Positions 10,067 to 20,703 of a DNA stretch of 64,000 nt are shown here, in pieces; position 1 is the first letter of the stretch, and each line of letters starts with the position of its first letter. Location of the stretch: NCBI GenBank assembly GCA_902488455.1, contig CABTWG010000002.1, positions 4,324 to 68,323 of the forward strand. The letters are read 5' to 3'. Below the pieces are notes generated by a model, which was given only the letters and a program-made list of their open reading frames with translations, was not told where the DNA came from and did no database searches. The position numbers and the translations under genes were made by a program. This DNA comes from an uncultured Peptoniphilus sp. GTDB taxonomy: Bacteria; Bacillota; Clostridia; Tissierellales; Peptoniphilaceae.

Positions 10067-12133
10067 TTATTCCTTAATAGATTCAATATTCACTACTCTT
10101 TCTACAAGGCTATCTATTAAATGTAGTAGTGCTAAACGGTTGCTCCTTACTTTTTCATCATCTACAAGTACCATACAGCTGTCAAAGAATTTATCAATAA
10201 ATGGTACAAGTGGATTTAGAGATGAAAGTGCTTCTCCATATTTCTTGTCGTTAATCAAAGCTTCTACTTCTGGTCTTAGGGATTCAAATTTATTGTAGAG
10301 TTCTTTTTCTGATTCATCTTCTAAGTTTTCTTCTACAACTTCTCCTTCTTCATACTTGGTTGCAAGGTTATGAACTCTAGTTAGTGCATCTACAAGTTCT
10401 GTTCTATCTTCTTTAAAGAATTCGTTGAGTTTAGTTGCTTTATCTATAGTTTCTAGAATTGTTCCATCTGATTCTATAACGCCTTTTATTATGTCGTATC
10501 TAATATCCATGTCTTCAAGGATATTTTTAATTCTTGCTCTGAAGTAGTCTAGAATTTGTTCTTTTACTTCTTCGTAATTGAATGTTAGATTGTTTTCTTG
10601 AACGTAGGTATAAAGTGCGTGATCTACAATGTCGCTTAGTGATAGATCCCAGTTTTTGTCCTTTATAATATTTATTACACCTATTGAAAGTCTTCTAAGT
10701 GCAAATGGGTCTTGTGATCCTGTAGGGATAAGTCCTATTGCAAATAGTCCAACTATTGTGTCTATCTTATCTGCTATTGCAAGGATTGAACCTATGGTTG
10801 TCTCAGGTAGTATATCTCCTGCAAATCTAGGTAGGTATTGTTCAAAGATTGCTTGACTTACAAGGGCTTTTTCTCCTTGCAGTTTTGAATAGATTGATCC
10901 AATGGTTCCTTGAAGTTCTGTAAATTCTGTTACCATCTTGGTTGTTAAATCTGCTTTTGAAAGTTCAGCAGCTCTCTTTAAATCTATAAGTGATTCATCG
11001 GCAACTTCTAATTTTTCTCCGATTTCACGAGAAAGTTTATCTATTCTTAGTGATTTATCATACATTGTGCCAAGTTTATCTTGGAACATTAGTCCCTTTA
11101 GGTTTTCATTTAAATCTTCTAAGTTGGTCTTAATATCTTCGTTGTAGAAGAATTTTGCGTCTTCAAGTCTAGCTCCTAAGACTTTTTCGTTACCTTTAGA
11201 AACTATTTCTTTTTTGTAGTCTGTACCGTTTCTTACGGTTATGAAGTATGGAAGTAGTTTTCCATCTTCGTCATATACAGGGATGTAACGAAGGTGATCT
11301 CTCATTGGTGTAGTTATTACTTCTGCTGGAAGTTCTAGATATTCTTCTTTTACATTTCCTGTTATTGGTGTTGGATATTCATTTATATAGGTTAGCTCAT
11401 CAAGTAGATCCTTGTCTTCTTTTATTTCTCCACCAAGTGCTTTAGCTTCTTTCTTTGCGTTTATTTTTATAATTTCAAGTCTCTTCTTTTGATCTAGGAT
11501 TACATAGTTTTCTTCAAGAAGTTTTTCATAATTATCCACGTGATCTATTTCAATGTGAGAGCTTCCTAAGAATCTGTGACCTCTTGTCACATTCCCTACT
11601 GGAATGCCTTCAAATGGAAATTCTACTACTGTGCTGTCGATCATGCTTACTATCCATCTTATAGGTCTTGCAAATTTAAGATTCTTTCCACCCCATTTCA
11701 TATTCTTAGGGAAGGTTATGGATTTTATAAGGTTTGGGATTTCTATTTTTAGAATTTCTTCTGACTTTTCACCTTTTTTGTGAACTTGTCCATATACATA
11801 TTCTGTGCCTTTTAAATCTTTAATTTCTATTTCTTCTATTTTTAAATTCTTAGATTTTAAGAATCCTTCAAGTGGTTTTGTAGGATTTCCATCTTCGTCA
11901 AAGGCGATTTTCTTAGCAGGTCCCTTTACTTCTTCGTTGATGTCTCTTTGGAATTCTTCTATGCCGTCTATAAAAAGTGTAAGTCTTCTAGGAGTTGCGT
12001 AGGTTCTTATATCTTTGTAATCTATTAGATTTTCTTTAAGAAATTTGTCTGCCTTTTCTCCTATTTGATTAAGTGCAAGTTCCACATATCTTGCTGGCAA
12101 TTCTTCCATTCCGATTTCAAGTAAATAATTCAT
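10067..12133 (-). CDS. glyS: Glycine-tRNA ligase beta subunit
   Basis: LLEIGMEELP, ATPRRL, ARPIRW, GSQDPFALRR. Confidence 0.97.
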   Translation of the reverse strand: MNYLLEIGMEELPARYVELALNQIGEKADKFLKENLIDYKDIRTYATPRRLTLFIDGIEEFQRDINEEVKGPAKKIAFDEDGNPTKPLEGFLKSKNLKIEEIEIKDLKGTEYVYGQVHKKGEKSEEILKIEIPNLIKSITFPKNMKWGGKNLKFARPIRWIVSMIDSTVVEFPFEGIPVGNVTRGHRFLGSSHIEIDHVDNYEKLLEENYVILDQKKRLEIIKINAKKEAKALGGEIKEDKDLLDELTYINEYPTPITGNVKEEYLELPAEVITTPMRDHLRYIPVYDEDGKLLPYFITVRNGTDYKKEIVSKGNEKVLGARLEDAKFFYNEDIKTNLEDLNENLKGLMFQDKLGTMYDKSLRIDKLSREIGEKLEVADESLIDLKRAAELSKADLTTKMVTEFTELQGTIGSIYSKLQGEKALVSQAIFEQYLPRFAGDILPETTIGSILAIADKIDTIVGLFAIGLIPTGSQDPFALRRLSIGVINIIKDKNWDLSLSDIVDHALYTYVQENNLTFNYEEVKEQILDYFRARIKNILEDMDIRYDIIKGVIESDGTILETIDKATKLNEFFKEDRTELVDALTRVHNLATKYEEGEVVEENLEDESEKELYNKFESLRPEVEALINDKKYGEALSSLNPLVPFIDKFFDSCMVLVDDEKVRSNRLALLHLIDSLVERVVNIESIKE

Positions 12134-13011
12134 TATTTGTCACCTCTTTTTAAAAGTGGATATCCCAATTCTTCTCTCTGTTTTAAATAAGTTTCTGCTA
12201 CTTTTCTAGCACTATTTCTAACCCTTCCGATATATGAAGTTCTTTCTGATACTGAAAGTGCTCCTCTTGAGTCAAGAAGGTTAAATGTATGTGAGCATTT
12301 TAAAGTGTAGTCGTATGCTGGTAGCACTAGTCCTAGCTCGATTATTCTTGCAGATTCTTTTTCATAGGTATCGAATAGATTCTTTAACATGTCTACATTT
12401 GCATCTTCGAATCCATACTTGGATTGTTCGTACTCTGCCATTTTGAAAATGTCGCCGTACTTTATGTTTTCGTTCCATTCTATATCGTAAACTGAATCCA
12501 CATTTTGTAAGTACATTGCAATTCTTTCAAGACCATAGGTTAGCTCTGCTGATTCAAGTTCGCAGTTAATTCCTCCTACTTGTTGGAAGTAGGTAAATTG
12601 TGTAACTTCCATTCCGTCAAGCCAAACTTCCCAGCCTAGACCCCATGCTCCTAGGGTTGGTGATTCCCAGTTATCTTCTACAAATCTAATGTCGTGGATG
12701 CTTGTATCGATTCCTATCGCTTCAAGAGATCCAAGATATTGTTCTTGTACATCTTCTGGAGATGGTTTTAAGATTACTTGTAGTTGGTGATGTTGGTAAA
12801 GTCTGTTTGGGTTTTCTCCATATCTTCCGTCTGCTGGTCTTCTGGATGGTTCTACGTAAACTGTTCTCCATGGTTCTGGTCCAAGTGATCTCATAAATGT
12901 GTGAGGATTCATAGTTCCTGCACCTTTTTCAATATCGTAAGGTTCCATTATGATTGCTCCTCTTTCCATCCAGTAGTTTGTCAAATTCTTAATTAAATCT
13001 TGAAAATACAT
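12133..13011 (-). CDS. glyQ: Glycine-tRNA ligase alpha subunit
   Basis: [37 protein letters not shown]. Confidence 0.98.
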   Translation of the reverse strand: MYFQDLIKNLTNYWMERGAIIMEPYDIEKGAGTMNPHTFMRSLGPEPWRTVYVEPSRRPADGRYGENPNRLYQHHQLQVILKPSPEDVQEQYLGSLEAIGIDTSIHDIRFVEDNWESPTLGAWGLGWEVWLDGMEVTQFTYFQQVGGINCELESAELTYGLERIAMYLQNVDSVYDIEWNENIKYGDIFKMAEYEQSKYGFEDANVDMLKNLFDTYEKESARIIELGLVLPAYDYTLKCSHTFNLLDSRGALSVSERTSYIGRVRNSARKVAETYLKQREELGYPLLKRGDK

Positions 13012-13694
13012 TATTCCTCCCTAATTAACTCCAATGAGTTTATTTGTCTTAAATCTAGACAGTATTTTAAATATTCTATTATGATGAAAAAAATCTTCCT
13101 TTCAAAAGGCTTTTTTTCAAATTCGTATTCCAAATCTTTATACATCAAAAGATTTAGATATTCTACTTCTTCATCGCTTAACTCATAGTTTCTTGAAGAG
13201 CTTTCCTTGGTAGGTGAAAGTCCTCCTCCATCTACTAAAAAGTAATTTCCATTCATAGATGGTCTAAATCCTATAAAGGAAATATATTTAAGTAGAAGCT
13301 GCATGGTTCTTACCCTTGCTGTTGAATCCTCAAGTGTTTCTAAATATTTCTTTAGAAGCAAGTAAGCATTTTTATTTTCTATCTCTTCCATATTGCTCTT
13401 TAGGTAAATTTCTATTACTAAGTTGGCAAATGAAAGTTTAACTAGGCTCTCTCTTAAGTGCAAGTTTGAAGATAAAATCTTGGCACTCTTTATATAGTAA
13501 AAGACGCCTGTTTTTGAAATCGTATATTCATTTACAAAGAACACCTGGGAGGAGCTTGTCACTTTTGAGCTTCTCTTCAAGGCTCCCTTTGCATAGATGG
13601 TTACTAGACCGGTTTTAAGGGTGTAAACTTTTAAAGTTTTGGAGCTTTCTCCAGCATTTCTCTCTGATAAGACTATGCCCTCTGTCCTAATCAT
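13011..13694 (-). CDS. recO: DNA repair protein RecO
   Basis: TEGIVL...GE...YAKGA OB-fold start; position between era and glyQ. Confidence 0.85.
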   Translation of the reverse strand: MIRTEGIVLSERNAGESSKTLKVYTLKTGLVTIYAKGALKRSSKVTSSSQVFFVNEYTISKTGVFYYIKSAKILSSNLHLRESLVKLSFANLVIEIYLKSNMEEIENKNAYLLLKKYLETLEDSTARVRTMQLLLKYISFIGFRPSMNGNYFLVDGGGLSPTKESSSRNYELSDEEVEYLNLLMYKDLEYEFEKKPFERKIFFIIIEYLKYCLDLRQINSLELIREE

Positions 13695-14575
13695 AGATAG
13701 CCATGTCCTTTAAGTCTGGTCTCGTTATCCCTCCAATTTTTGTCAACTTTTACCCAAAGTCTAAGATCTACCTTGGTCATCAGTAAGTCGATTAGATCCT
13801 GCCTTGCAGCTGAGCCTATCTTCTTAAGCATAGAGCCGCCTTTGCCTATTATTATCCCTTTGTGGTTTTCTCTTTCTACAAAGATTGTGGCAATAATATT
13901 GGTTCTATCTTCTAACTCTTCCATCTGTTCTATTTCAACAGCTACCCCATGAGGCACTTCTTCTTCCAAGAATTGTAGTGCTTTTTCCCTTATAATTTCT
14001 GCTACTATAAACTTCATAGGTCTGTCGGTTACATAATCATCTGTGTAGTACTTAGGACCTTCTGGAAGATATTTCTTAACTGTGTCAAGATAGATCTCGG
14101 TCCCGTCTCCCTCTCTTGCAGAGATTGGAATTATTTCTAGAAAATCCATCTCTTTTGAGTACATTTCAATCAAATGTAGTACAGCTTCCTTAGGTATGCT
14201 GTCAATCTTATTTATAAGTAAAATTACCTTTTTATCTTTTAATTTCTTTAATTTGTCGAGGATCAGTCTATCTTGTTTTCCAATTATCTTTGAAGTGTCG
14301 ACTATATAAGTTATTAAATCGACATCCTCTAGTGCAGAGCTTGATTCTCTAAGCATGTAGTCGCCAAGTTCGTTTCTTGGAGTCTGCATCCCTGGTGTAT
14401 CAAGAAATATTATTTGACTCTCATCGTCACTGTATATAAGATTTATTTTATTTCTTGTGGTTTGAGCCTTGTCTGAAACTGCAAGGATTCTCATGCCGAT
14501 TATTCTATTTAGAAGGGTCGATTTGCCTACGTTTGGTCTGCCAATCACCGCTACATATCCTGATTTAAACATCAT
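13691..14575 (-). CDS. era: GTPase Era
   Basis: GRPNVGKSTL, QTTRN, DTPG, NKID, KH domain GIIIGKGG. Confidence 0.97.
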   Translation of the reverse strand: MMFKSGYVAVIGRPNVGKSTLLNRIIGMRILAVSDKAQTTRNKINLIYSDDESQIIFLDTPGMQTPRNELGDYMLRESSSALEDVDLITYIVDTSKIIGKQDRLILDKLKKLKDKKVILLINKIDSIPKEAVLHLIEMYSKEMDFLEIIPISAREGDGTEIYLDTVKKYLPEGPKYYTDDYVTDRPMKFIVAEIIREKALQFLEEEVPHGVAVEIEQMEELEDRTNIIATIFVERENHKGIIIGKGGSMLKKIGSAARQDLIDLLMTKVDLRLWVKVDKNWRDNETRLKGHGYL

Positions 14576-14963
14576 TTAACTCCTCTGGTCCAAAACTATG
14601 TGGAAGTATCTCTTCCAAAGTATATTTTTTATAATCATCCTTCGAGTTTGCAATTATGATTTCAGGGTTCTTTGCAAATTCTCTTATTACCTGTCTGCAA
14701 ACTCCGCAAGGAAATGTGTCTTTATTGTCTCCAGTTATTACTATTTTCTTAATTTCTCTTTTACCTTCTGAAACTGCCTTGAAAATCGCCACCCTCTCTG
14801 CACAAATGGTCGGTGAATATGAGACGATTTCGATGTTTCCACCTTGGTACACAGATCCGTCTTCCATCTCAACTACACATCCAACGTTGAACTTTGAGTA
14901 TGGAGTGTAGGTCATGTTTTCTTTTGCATCCAGTGCAAGTTCTATAAGTTTTTTAATTTCCAT
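14565..14963 (-). CDS. cdd: Cytidine deaminase (start placed at MEIKK)
   Basis: PYSKFNVG, CAERVA, PCGVCRQ; GAGGTG SD. Confidence 0.93.
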   Translation of the reverse strand: MEIKKLIELALDAKENMTYTPYSKFNVGCVVEMEDGSVYQGGNIEIVSYSPTICAERVAIFKAVSEGKREIKKIVITGDNKDTFPCGVCRQVIREFAKNPEIIIANSKDDYKKYTLEEILPHSFGPEELNDV

Positions 14964-14970
14964 AAACACC

Positions 14971-15678
14971 TCAAGTAAATAGTTTAAATATAAATATCGC
15001 CACAGAGATTCCAACTATTGCCCCAGCAACTGCTTCCGAGGTCTTGTGGACTCCTGTTTCAACTCTACTTTCTGCAACCAGTAGTGCAAGTCCAAGTGCA
15101 CATGTGGTGATGACAGTCTTTTGAGCTACAAGTGAAATAACCGTTGCAGCACAAAACGCAATCGAAGTGTGTCCCGAAATCGCCCCACCTTGGAAGTATG
15201 AGCCTCCGTTTTTCTTCGCCATTAGGTACTTTCCCCCGATTGTTAGTATGAGTACGATAATTACAGCAACAAGCGCCAAATGGTCTGGAGAATTTTTAAT
15301 CTTTATAAGTGCGATCTGTCCAATATTTGAAATCTTGTTGTAAAAGAGAAGGTATGCAACTACCACAGCATTTAATGAAGCTATCATAACAGCTCCAGCT
15401 GAAACGTCTTTTACATATTTTGCAATAGGATTGTAATCTGTAACTACAAGGTCCACAGTTCTTTCAATGGCTGTGTTTATTAACTCCAATACGATTACAA
15501 GTGTGATTGCAAATAAAAGAATTAAAAACTCCATCTTCGTCATGTCGAAGAATAGTGAAATTATAAGCGTTCCTAAGCATGCAAGCCAATGGAATTTCAA
15601 ATTTCTTTCAGTTGTAAGTGCAGAGATTATCCCTTGCACTGCATAGTTAAAAGATACAATAAAGCTATTGTTTTTCAT
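14971..15678 (-). CDS. dgkA: Undecaprenol/diacylglycerol kinase fused to PAP2-like domain
   Basis: ELINTAIE...KDVSAGAV then SGH and SRV...H motifs. Confidence 0.88.
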   Translation of the reverse strand: MKNNSFIVSFNYAVQGIISALTTERNLKFHWLACLGTLIISLFFDMTKMEFLILLFAITLVIVLELINTAIERTVDLVVTDYNPIAKYVKDVSAGAVMIASLNAVVVAYLLFYNKISNIGQIALIKIKNSPDHLALVAVIIVLILTIGGKYLMAKKNGGSYFQGGAISGHTSIAFCAATVISLVAQKTVITTCALGLALLVAESRVETGVHKTSEAVAGAIVGISVAIFIFKLFT

Positions 15679-15679
15679 A

Positions 15680-16114
15680 TTATCTACTAATTTCTAATCT
15701 TTCCATAACTCTTTTTTCTACTTCACGCATTTCTTTTTTGTCCATTTCTTCTTCGTGGTCGTATCCCATTAGATGAAGTGTTGAATGTACAGTAAGGTAT
15801 GAAATTTCCCTCTTTTCGCTATGGCCATATTCCTTTGCCTGTTCGATAACCTTGTTTATATTTATTACGATATCTCCAAGCATGTTTGTAAATTCATCGT
15901 CCATTGGAAAAGAAAGCACATCTGTCGTCCTATCTACTCCTCTGTAATCTCTATTTAACTCATGAATCTCGTCGTCGCCTACAAAAGAAACAGATACTTC
16001 ATAATCCTCTTTGTAGTCTATTTCATCAAGGGCAGCCTTTACAGAGATTTCAACTATTTCTTCTATGGAACTATCTATTTCAATTAAATCTTGTCTATTG
16101 TCGAAATAAATCAT
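15680..16114 (-). CDS. ybeY: rRNA maturation endoribonuclease
   Basis: TDVLSFP, HSTLHLMGYDH. Confidence 0.96.
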   Translation of the reverse strand: MIYFDNRQDLIEIDSSIEEIVEISVKAALDEIDYKEDYEVSVSFVGDDEIHELNRDYRGVDRTTDVLSFPMDDEFTNMLGDIVININKVIEQAKEYGHSEKREISYLTVHSTLHLMGYDHEEEMDKKEMREVEKRVMERLEISR

Positions 16115-17163
16115 TTATTATCTCTCTTTTTACTACTTAATTTATTACCCAATCTAGCGTTTACTTTTTTATTTTCCGTTTCTTTATTTTCTTTATTATC
16201 AGACTTTTTTTCCCATCTATCATAAGCGTCAATTATTCTTTGAACCAATGGGTGTCTTACTATATCATTTCTATCAAGCTCGACTATTTCGATTCCCTTT
16301 ACGTCCTTTAGGATTTTCATAACCGTCTTAAGTCCAGATGATTTTCCTCTAGGTAGGTCGATCTGTGTTATGTCTCCTGTGATTATTGCCTTTGAACCAT
16401 AGCCAAGCCTAGTTAAAAACATCTTCATCTGTTCATTGGTAGTGTTTTGTGCCTCGTCTAAGATTACATAAGAAGAATCCAATGTTCTTCCTCTCATGTA
16501 TGCAAGAGGAGCCACTTCGATCAAACCTTTTTCAACATACCTGGTGTAGTTTTCATGTCCCATAATTTCGAATAGCGCGTCGTAGAGAGGTCTTAGGTAT
16601 GGGTCTACTTTCATCTGTAGATCTCCAGGCAAAAATCCTAGAGATTCTCCAGCTTCCACAGCAGGTCTTGTAAGGATTATTCTGTTAACTTCTTTGTTTT
16701 TAAATGCCTTAACAGCCATCGCCATTGCAAGGTATGTCTTGCCAGTACCAGCAGGGCCAACTCCAAATACTATGTCGTTATCTTTCATAGCGTCCACATA
16801 TTTTTTCTGTCCCAATGTCTTTGAACGGATCGGTTTTCCCATAGCTGTGTGGACTATGACTTCGTTAAGAAGCTCTGTCATCGGCTTCATCTCGCCGTGT
16901 TTAATAAGGGCTATTGAATATTCAACGTCCTTTTTTTCCAAAGATTTCTGTCTAATTATTAGCTCCTTTAGATTTTCAATTAAAAGAGCAGCATTTTCTG
17001 TAGCAAGTTCATCGCCGTAAATCTCCAACAGATCATCTTTTATAACTATTTTAACACCCATCGAGCTCTCAATGAGCTTTTGATATTCATCTAAATTTCC
17101 AAAAAGTGTGTTTAAAATATTTGTGTCTGTAATAGGCACTATTTTACATTGATTTTCTTTCAA
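16111..17163 (-). CDS. phoH: PhoH-family ATPase (TTG start after GGAGG)
   Basis: GPAGTGKTYLA, RPAVEAGESLGFLPG, DEAQN. Confidence 0.95.
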   Translation of the reverse strand: MKENQCKIVPITDTNILNTLFGNLDEYQKLIESSMGVKIVIKDDLLEIYGDELATENAALLIENLKELIIRQKSLEKKDVEYSIALIKHGEMKPMTELLNEVIVHTAMGKPIRSKTLGQKKYVDAMKDNDIVFGVGPAGTGKTYLAMAMAVKAFKNKEVNRIILTRPAVEAGESLGFLPGDLQMKVDPYLRPLYDALFEIMGHENYTRYVEKGLIEVAPLAYMRGRTLDSSYVILDEAQNTTNEQMKMFLTRLGYGSKAIITGDITQIDLPRGKSSGLKTVMKILKDVKGIEIVELDRNDIVRHPLVQRIIDAYDRWEKKSDNKENKETENKKVNARLGNKLSSKKRDNK

Positions 17164-17328
17164 GTAATAACCTCCATATCTCATATATTGTACCATATTT
17201 ATTTTTTAAAAGCTATTTTATATCTATTAATGTTATGTTATATGTTCATTTAAAATTTTTTTATCCTTTGTCTTTAGCGTAATAATTTTATTTAACCGCC
17301 ATCGATACTTCTCTTTACAAATTGCATT

Positions 17329-17351
17329 AAAAAAAGCACGATTTCTCGTGC
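17329..17351 (-). terminator. Intrinsic terminator ending the 17-27 kb cluster
   Basis: GCACGA/TCGTGC stem followed by a T7 tract on the minus strand. Confidence 0.65.
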
Positions 17352-17372
17352 AAATTTTTAAAATATTTCTAT

Positions 17373-18185
17373 TTAATTGTTTTCGATAATGCTAACTATA
17401 TAATCCATTGCGTCAACTGTGTCCTTTAGTCTTGGGATCAAGATTTCTTTGTCCTCTCCTTCTTCCAAGTATCCAGTCATCATATTTTCTCCAAGCCTTA
17501 TCCTTCTCTTCTGGGTTTCGAAAAATTCTGGATTTGTAACATAGAGTGCCGTTAGTGCGTCCCAGATTACAAGTTCTTCTTCTTTATATTTTATTTCGAA
17601 CTCTGCTTTCCAGCGACGCATATGAGAGTCGAGATACCTCATGTATTTTGAAATATATTCTCCGTCTTTAACTTTATACTTCTTTTCGATGCAGTTGTTT
17701 CCTGTTATTATTACAGGGCTTTCGATTCTCTCTAAGACGTAGTTGGTTGCGAGAAAGTCTATGGACATATTGAGCTCGTCCATTACCATTCCTTTGAAAT
17801 AGAGTGGCGATGTTATTCCTCCCATTTGCACAAACTCTGTGAGATTTTTCGTATCCATTCCAAGTGCAAGTGCCTTCATGGTGTTTGTCGTTGAACCAAG
17901 AGAAATTAAACTGACCTCTTCACTTTCAACTGTGTCTTTTATAAATTTTGCTGCGTCGTAGGAATATATTCCGCCCTTCTTAAGTGGAATATCTATTCCA
18001 AGATCACTATTCATCATGACTGTTGAATTGTAGGTGTCGTCTTCGTTGCTATTTCCAAATGTAGTTGTGATTCCCACTACTTCCACATCCTTGTGGCTAA
18101 GTAGAAAGAATAGCGCAAATGCATCGTCTATGTCGCAATCTCTCACATTTATTGTGTTGTCAAAATCAACAAGTACTTTCTTCAT
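17373..18185 (-). CDS. Nucleoside hydrolase (IU-NH family), atypical motifs
   Basis: DFDN...DIDDAFAL, ITTTFGN, QMGG, ELN, WD. Confidence 0.85.
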   Translation of the reverse strand: MKKVLVDFDNTINVRDCDIDDAFALFFLLSHKDVEVVGITTTFGNSNEDDTYNSTVMMNSDLGIDIPLKKGGIYSYDAAKFIKDTVESEEVSLISLGSTTNTMKALALGMDTKNLTEFVQMGGITSPLYFKGMVMDELNMSIDFLATNYVLERIESPVIITGNNCIEKKYKVKDGEYISKYMRYLDSHMRRWKAEFEIKYKEEELVIWDALTALYVTNPEFFETQKRRIRLGENMMTGYLEEGEDKEILIPRLKDTVDAMDYIVSIIENN

Positions 18186-19086
18186 ATATTCGCCTCCTCT
18201 TTATTTCTAAGTCTACTTCATCTCCGAGGCTGTATTCATCGCTAGTGTAGACTATAAATTTCCCAACTTCGTATCTATATTCTCCATTTACAAAACTTTT
18301 TCTGTCGATTTTGTATTCGCTTCCAGGTTTTATTTCTATATCTTCCTTCTTTAAGAAATAATCGTCAAAGACATTTTCTTTGTATAAGAATTCAGCAACT
18401 TCTTTGCAACTTGGTTGTTCGTAGAGTTCTTTTGGAGTTCCTATTCCGATTATTTTGCCTTCTTGCATGACGATAACCCTATCTGAATACATAGAAGCTT
18501 CTTCGATGCTATGAGTTACAAAAAGCGTAGAAATCTTTAGATCTTTTAGAATTTCAAATGTGGACTTTCTAACCCTGTCTCTAAGTATTTCGTCAAGGCT
18601 TGAAAAAGGCTCGTCAAGCAGTAACATCTTTGGTTCATTTATAAGAGATCTTATAAGTGCGACCCTCTGTCTTTCACCACCTGAGAGATCCTTTGGATAG
18701 GCATTCTTTCTATGGTCTAGATCTACCAAGTTTAAAAAGTACTCCACCTTTTTAGAAATCTCTTCCTTATTCATCTTCTTTGCCCTCGGTCCAAATGCAA
18801 CATTGTCCCACACTGTAAGATGTGGAAAGAGTTCGAAGTTTTGAAACATCATTAGTGTGTTTCGCTTTTCCGGTGGTAGATCTGTTAAATCTTCCCCGTC
18901 AACAAGTATGCTTCCGCCATCTTCATCTAGTATTCCACAAATAATTCTAAGAAGAGTGGACTTTCCTGTGCCTGATGGACCTACTATGGATATAATTTCG
19001 CCTTCGTTAATGTCGAAGGAAATATCTTTTAATATTTCTCTTTCGCCGTAGGATTTTGTAATATTTCTTATTTCTATATATGCCAT
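18166..19086 (-). CDS. ABC importer ATP-binding subunit (PotA/YnjD-like)
   Basis: GPSGTGKS, LSGGERQR, LDEPFS. Confidence 0.92.
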   Translation of the reverse strand: MAYIEIRNITKSYGEREILKDISFDINEGEIISIVGPSGTGKSTLLRIICGILDEDGGSILVDGEDLTDLPPEKRNTLMMFQNFELFPHLTVWDNVAFGPRAKKMNKEEISKKVEYFLNLVDLDHRKNAYPKDLSGGERQRVALIRSLINEPKMLLLDEPFSSLDEILRDRVRKSTFEILKDLKISTLFVTHSIEEASMYSDRVIVMQEGKIIGIGTPKELYEQPSCKEVAEFLYKENVFDDYFLKKEDIEIKPGSEYKIDRKSFVNGEYRYEVGKFIVYTSDEYSLGDEVDLEIKRRRIYEESTC

Positions 19087-19865
19087 CTCTTGCTCCTTAT
19101 AATTATTTTTGAAATGAGTTCAATAGCCAAGATAAATAATACGTTTAGTAGTATAAATATTATGCTCATCATCGCTGTGATGCTCCTATCTTTTACCACC
19201 ATAAATGGAAATGAAAGGAGGGTAAATGTGTTTACTAGACCTATTCCAAGTACTAAGGTCAAATAGTATTGGGAAAATGAAAGGATAAATCCCATGATGA
19301 TGGATGTCTTTATAAATGAAAACATATGAACGAGTATGGAATTTATCTTCGCTTTTAATTTCGACGCTCCTAGGATTCTCGCTTGGTTGTAGAGGTCATC
19401 ATCAAAACTTTCAAATCCTGGTATCATAATCCAAACTGAATATGGAATTATATATACGATGTGCACGAGAATTATTGCAGAAATCTTTCCTGCCATACCA
19501 AGTTTTATAAAGATGAGTTGAAGCCCAATTCCTATAGAAGTTGCAGATACCACCATCGGAAGAAATACCACTGCCATTAGAAGCTTTTTAAATTTTCTAT
19601 TGGTGCTTATCCTTCTTGCCACAAAATAGCTTAAAAATGTTGCGACAAATGTGGAGATGGTGCCTATGACCATGGAATTTTTTATGGAACTTAGAAGATT
19701 TCTGTCTACTTTTAAATAGTCGATAGCCCTCGTTGAGAATGTACCTTCAAAGATCACAGGATATGGGTAGCTTTCTCTAAAGACTCCGATGGTAAGTGTA
19801 ATCGCTGTGTAACACAGTAAAAATATTAAAATATTTACAAATGTCTTAGATAAATTCTTCATCAT
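19074..19865 (-). CDS. ABC importer permease
   Basis: About 6 TM segments, EAA-like NQARILGAS. Confidence 0.88.
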   Translation of the reverse strand: MMKNLSKTFVNILIFLLCYTAITLTIGVFRESYPYPVIFEGTFSTRAIDYLKVDRNLLSSIKNSMVIGTISTFVATFLSYFVARRISTNRKFKKLLMAVVFLPMVVSATSIGIGLQLIFIKLGMAGKISAIILVHIVYIIPYSVWIMIPGFESFDDDLYNQARILGASKLKAKINSILVHMFSFIKTSIIMGFILSFSQYYLTLVLGIGLVNTFTLLSFPFMVVKDRSITAMMSIIFILLNVLFILAIELISKIIIRSKRWHI

Positions 19866-20703
19866 CTTTAAACTCCAACATCAAAAATACTACTACCGTA
19901 ACTATTCCAATAAGTCCAAGGATTACGTTGTAAGCCAAGGAATATGGTTTATAGATAAAGTCGTTTTGCGTAAATTCTATATAGGATTTCACTGCCAATG
20001 CCCGAGGCGCTGTCGGTCCAATCAAGAATGGAACTTCGTAAGAGGACATGGAAAATGTAAATAGAATGAGAAGCACCTTTAGAAGAGATGACTTGACCCT
20101 CTTGTAGTAGATGTGGTAGAAGGCATAGCTTTCTGTCGCTCCTAAATTCCTAGCTGCATTAAACTGCTCCATTCCAATCTTATTGATTCCATTTAAAAAT
20201 ACCACCGCCGCAAATGGCGCTCCTTTAAAAATATATACGAGGATGATTCCTAGTGCACTCTTCGTATAAAATAGTGGAACGAACTCATGAGGACTGTCTA
20301 TTACTCCAAGATTTGCAAGGATTCTTGAAAACAGTCCTGCTTCAGAGAATAGATTTAAAAGTATGACCACCACGATCATATGTGGAATAATCATCGGAAT
20401 ATTTAAACTAAAGGATGATTTCTTTTTATAAAAATAGATTCCATAGGCGAGAAATAGTCCTATTATAACTGCTAATATGGATGAGACTGCCGCGAATTTA
20501 AATGTGAAAAAAAGAGAATTTAAAAATCCCTTGGAAGTTAAAATCTCTCCGTAGTACTTGGTTGTAAATTCACTTATTCCTATTTCTTTGTAAAATCCAA
20601 ATGATATTATAATAGATTTTATAAAACCGCCGAGAATCACCACAGCGATTAGTGCAATTCCCGGCAGGTATGAAAAATCTAATTTAGTACGTTTTCTTCC
20701 CAT
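19846..20703 (-). CDS. ABC importer permease
   Basis: About 6 TM segments, NAARNLGAT, YEVPFLIG. Confidence 0.88.
   Translation of the reverse strand: MGRKRTKLDFSYLPGIALIAVVILGGFIKSIIISFGFYKEIGISEFTTKYYGEILTSKGFLNSLFFTFKFAAVSSILAVIIGLFLAYGIYFYKKKSSFSLNIPMIIPHMIVVVILLNLFSEAGLFSRILANLGVIDSPHEFVPLFYTKSALGIILVYIFKGAPFAAVVFLNGINKIGMEQFNAARNLGATESYAFYHIYYKRVKSSLLKVLLILFTFSMSSYEVPFLIGPTAPRALAVKSYIEFTQNDFIYKPYSLAYNVILGLIGIVTVVVFLMLEFKDDEEFI

Noticed and set aside
13000..13030. Glycine T-box before glyQ
   Set aside because: glyQ overlaps the recO stop codon, leaving no leader
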